From Peribolospora baueri (Eukaryota): DNA of 64,000 bases. The notes under the pieces are model-generated. The model searched no databases. It had not been told where the DNA came from and saw nothing but the letters and a program-made list of their open reading frames with translations. Shown here piece by piece: positions 61,224-64,000 of this stretch (the first letter of the stretch is position 1; each line of letters opens with the position of its first letter). Made by a program: the position numbers and the translations under genes. The DNA lies in assembly GCA_029717555.1 (NCBI GenBank), contig JAMDHS010000016.1, positions 186,001 through 250,000 on the forward strand, read 5' to 3'.

Positions 61224-64000
61224 ATGGCCTACCCAGCGCCCCACCCCGACCGCACTTGCACCACCGCCTCCTCTTCCTCGCCCTCCTCCCTCCGCACTCC
61301 TTCCTCTGCCCCCGCCTCCCATCCCCTCGCTTCTTCCTCCCCTTCCTCCTCCCTCCCCGCACACATCCCCAACGCCCCATCACAACCCACGACACACCAT
61401 CCTCACCTCGCCCCCCCTTCTGCTTGGGCAGCCGGCGCAGGTCTCGGCGGCGCCGGCAGCTCCGACGGGCCTTTTGTCCGTCCTTCCGCCGCACATCCGC
61501 ATGGGCCCCGGTCCGGTGAGCGTCGGAGGATGATGAGCGTGGATGACGAGGTAGATACCGATGGCGAGGAGGCAAGGGAGGATGCCAAAGAAGAACCGTC
61601 GTCGGCCGACGACCGGCTCGTTCCGTCTCGCTCAGCGTCGTCCTCCTCCACCACGGCCCGTCGTCCGACTGACGCCGTCTCCTCCGCCCACGTCTCCTTC
61701 AAAGGAAGGAAACCGACGACGTCCAGCGCGCGCAAGGGCGATAAACGGAAGGAAAGGGAGGAGCAGGAAGAGGATGAGAAGGAGAAAGAGAAAAGGGAGG
61801 AGCAGGAAGAGGATGAGAAGGAGAAAGAGAAAAAGGAGAAAGAGATCAAGAGGAGGAGTTCCAAGGCTTGCGATGTTAGTCCCTTTCCTCGTCCCGTTTT
61901 CCACTCCCCGGCGGCCTCGTCTGTTCCCTCATCTCTTCTCTTCTCTTCCTCCCGTCCCGTCCCGCTTCGTCTTTGTCCCGCACCACCAGGGCTGTCGCCG
62001 CGCGAAATGCAAGTGCGAGCTGCCCCCTGGCGCTCCCGCCACCGCGCCTTGTACCAACTGCGAGGCCATGGGCGTACAGTGTACCTTTTTGGAGGCCAGT
62101 CGTAAAAGGTGAGCTTACCCGCACTGTCGAGCCGAATCGTGAGAGGAGTATATCTGGAAAAGAACGAGCGCCGACACTGACTGTCTGCTGTCTTTCCCCT
62201 TCTTTCCTCGCTCTCGCCTTTTTCAGGGGCCCGCCGAAAGGTGAGTGCATTCATGTGTCGAGCGCAAAACGGTCCCACGCGTATCTGACCTCCGGTCTCC
62301 TTCTCTTCACCCAGGCTATATCGAAGCCATCGAATCCCGCCTGCACCGCATGGAAGGCCTCATCGCCGTCCTATCCGCCTCTTCCGACCCTCGAGCGAGA
62401 GGCCTGCTCACGGACCTTGTCGGTAAGCAGAAGCTCGACGAGGTGCTTCGCGGTCTCGGTCCTTCTGCCCAAGCCATCGTCGCCGACGCAGGGCCCGCCG
62501 ATGAAGGGGACGAGCCGACTCGGGTTCAGAAGCGACGCGTGGCAGAGCGAGGAGGAGGCGGAAAGTGGAAAAACAGCTGGTGGTCTCTACCCCTCAACGA
62601 AGAGGAGCGGGGGGCTGACGAGGCTAGAAGGGAGATCAGCCCTGGTCACTCCAAGGCCTCCGCATCCGCCTCCGCCGAGTCCTCATCGTCCTCGCAGAAG
62701 AAGCGCCGCGATAGCTTTCTCGACCCCAACGGCGATCCCCTCCTGCCCAATCTCCAACGCGTTCTCCACCAGCGCACCGGCCACGGGAGAGAGCGTGGAG
62801 AGCCGCGGGAAATCACGTCGTCACCGACGGCGACGACCAACAACGCCACGATCATCGCCGCAACTCATCAGGCTGCTCCCGGCTTCTCGCCCTGGCCGGC
62901 GCCCGGCTTTGCCCATTCCCCCCATCCGCAGGGGCGGCCTTTGGATGTCGCAAGTCAAACCACGCGGGCTTTGGATATCGGAAGTCAAACCACCGCCGCC
63001 GTCGCCGTCGCCGTCGAGCACCAACACGGCTTCGCCTTCTCGCCCTCTCCTCCCGCCGGCACCGCCAACGCCTGGACCCCTGGCCCACCCGCTCACCAGT
63101 TCTCGGGGTGGGTCCGCTCGCCGCCGGTCAGCAGTCGTCCGCCGTCCTCCTCTCAGCCCGTGCAGCCTCCGCCCGGACATCACATGTTTCCATCGTTCAG
63201 CCACTTTGCTCAACGTCGCCATCGGGACAATTCCAATGGTGCTGCCAGTCTCCATTTGCACAACGCCGACGGCGTCGGCGCGCCTTCCTTCGGCATGCCG
63301 GGAGTAGAACAAGCCCCCTTCCATCACCACCCCGATCGTCTCCAGCTGCACCCGCCGCCTCCGCAGGCCGCACCGGCGGCCTATAGCCCCACACAGACGT
63401 TTGAGTCCTTTGGCTCTCTCGGCGCCGCCAATTCGCCGGTTCGTCCGCCACCGCCGGACGGCCCTTCGCCGCCTCAACGCCGTCGACTCGACGGTCCCGG
63501 TCCTTCGACGCGGGCCATGTGGGACCTTTCCCCGCGCCCCGCCGCCACCGCCACCGCCACCGCCACCGCCTTTGATACCTTCTCCCCTCCCAGCGTCGAC
63601 ATTCTTCCCGCCTCCGGGTCTTCCCCCGCCGCTGCATCTAGCGCAGGCACCTCTCGCAGCGTCGGACCTCGTCCCGCTGCAGCGGCGGCAGCGGCCGCCA
63701 ACGGTCATCCGCCGGCGGAAGAAAAGATCAGCGTGGAGGGAAGTTTCGGCAGCGCGCTCGCCGAGAACAGAGGCGAGCTTCCTGCCGCCAACAAGGGAAA
63801 CACACCCACTGGCGCCTCTGCCCCGTCCATCAACGTACACCACAGCCCTGGCACTGCGATCGGGGCCGAGGAAGCGGATGCGGCGACGGCTATGTGGGCT
63901 TTGACGCACGTGAGCGCTTTCGTTTCTTTTCTTTTTTTTTTTCTTTTTTTTTTTAAATCTCTTTGGAGCGTCATGCTCTGTTCTCTTCTGTCTTTCTGTC
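61224..64000 (+). CDS. Zn(II)2Cys6 fungal transcription factor, 5' part (continues beyond window)
   Basis: Spliced RRSSKACD-GCRRAKCKCE...CTNCEAMGVQCTF..SRKR-GPPK-GYIEAIESRLHRMEGLI. Includes a 14-nt exon at 62227-62240. Confidence 0.9.
61753..61830 (+). repeat. Perfect 39-bp in-frame tandem duplication (REEQEEDEKEKEK x2) in the transcription factor
   Basis: aaagggaggagcaggaagaggatgagaaggagaaagaga x2. Confidence 0.9.

Noticed and set aside
1..64000. CRISPR arrays, transposons, prophage or prokaryotic operons
   Set aside because: The sequence is spliced eukaryotic DNA. I saw no repeat-spacer periodicity, no transposase/RT/integrase motifs and no terminal repeats. The many long antisense ORFs mirror GC-rich codon usage.

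Overview
Gene-dense, GC-rich, intron-rich eukaryotic DNA. The GTGAG/GTAAG donors, CTGAC/CTAAC branch sites, micro-exons and protein families indicate a basidiomycete fungus, probably a yeast-like one (inference). I reconstructed 27 spliced or single-exon protein-coding genes by hand, about one per 2.4 kb. Most are housekeeping: a SOD-like mitoribosomal protein (partial), ADE6, RNase H2 subunit B, SNO1/PDX2, MOCS1A/moaA, ARG1, a zeta-crystallin quinone reductase, an FGGY kinase, a YMR226C-like SDR, MET22, a DAGK/sphingosine-kinase-like protein, HMG-CoA lyase, CYT2, CDC16, a COG0523 GTPase, a secreted aspartic protease, MRPL44, DSC2, SPT2 and a Zn2Cys6 transcription factor (partial). Several uncharacterised proteins are also present. 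I found no rRNA, tRNA, CRISPR array, transposon or secondary-metabolite cluster. The best leads are an unannotated ~215-nt nested rod-like stem-loop between RNH202 and SNO1, an intracellular RING-PY-LysM protein, dual-targeting signals (HMG-CoA lyase with presequence plus AKL; two-AUG genes), and a stand-alone MOCS1A head-to-head with SNO1. No family assignment or RNA fold was verified by database search; exon boundaries are manual.
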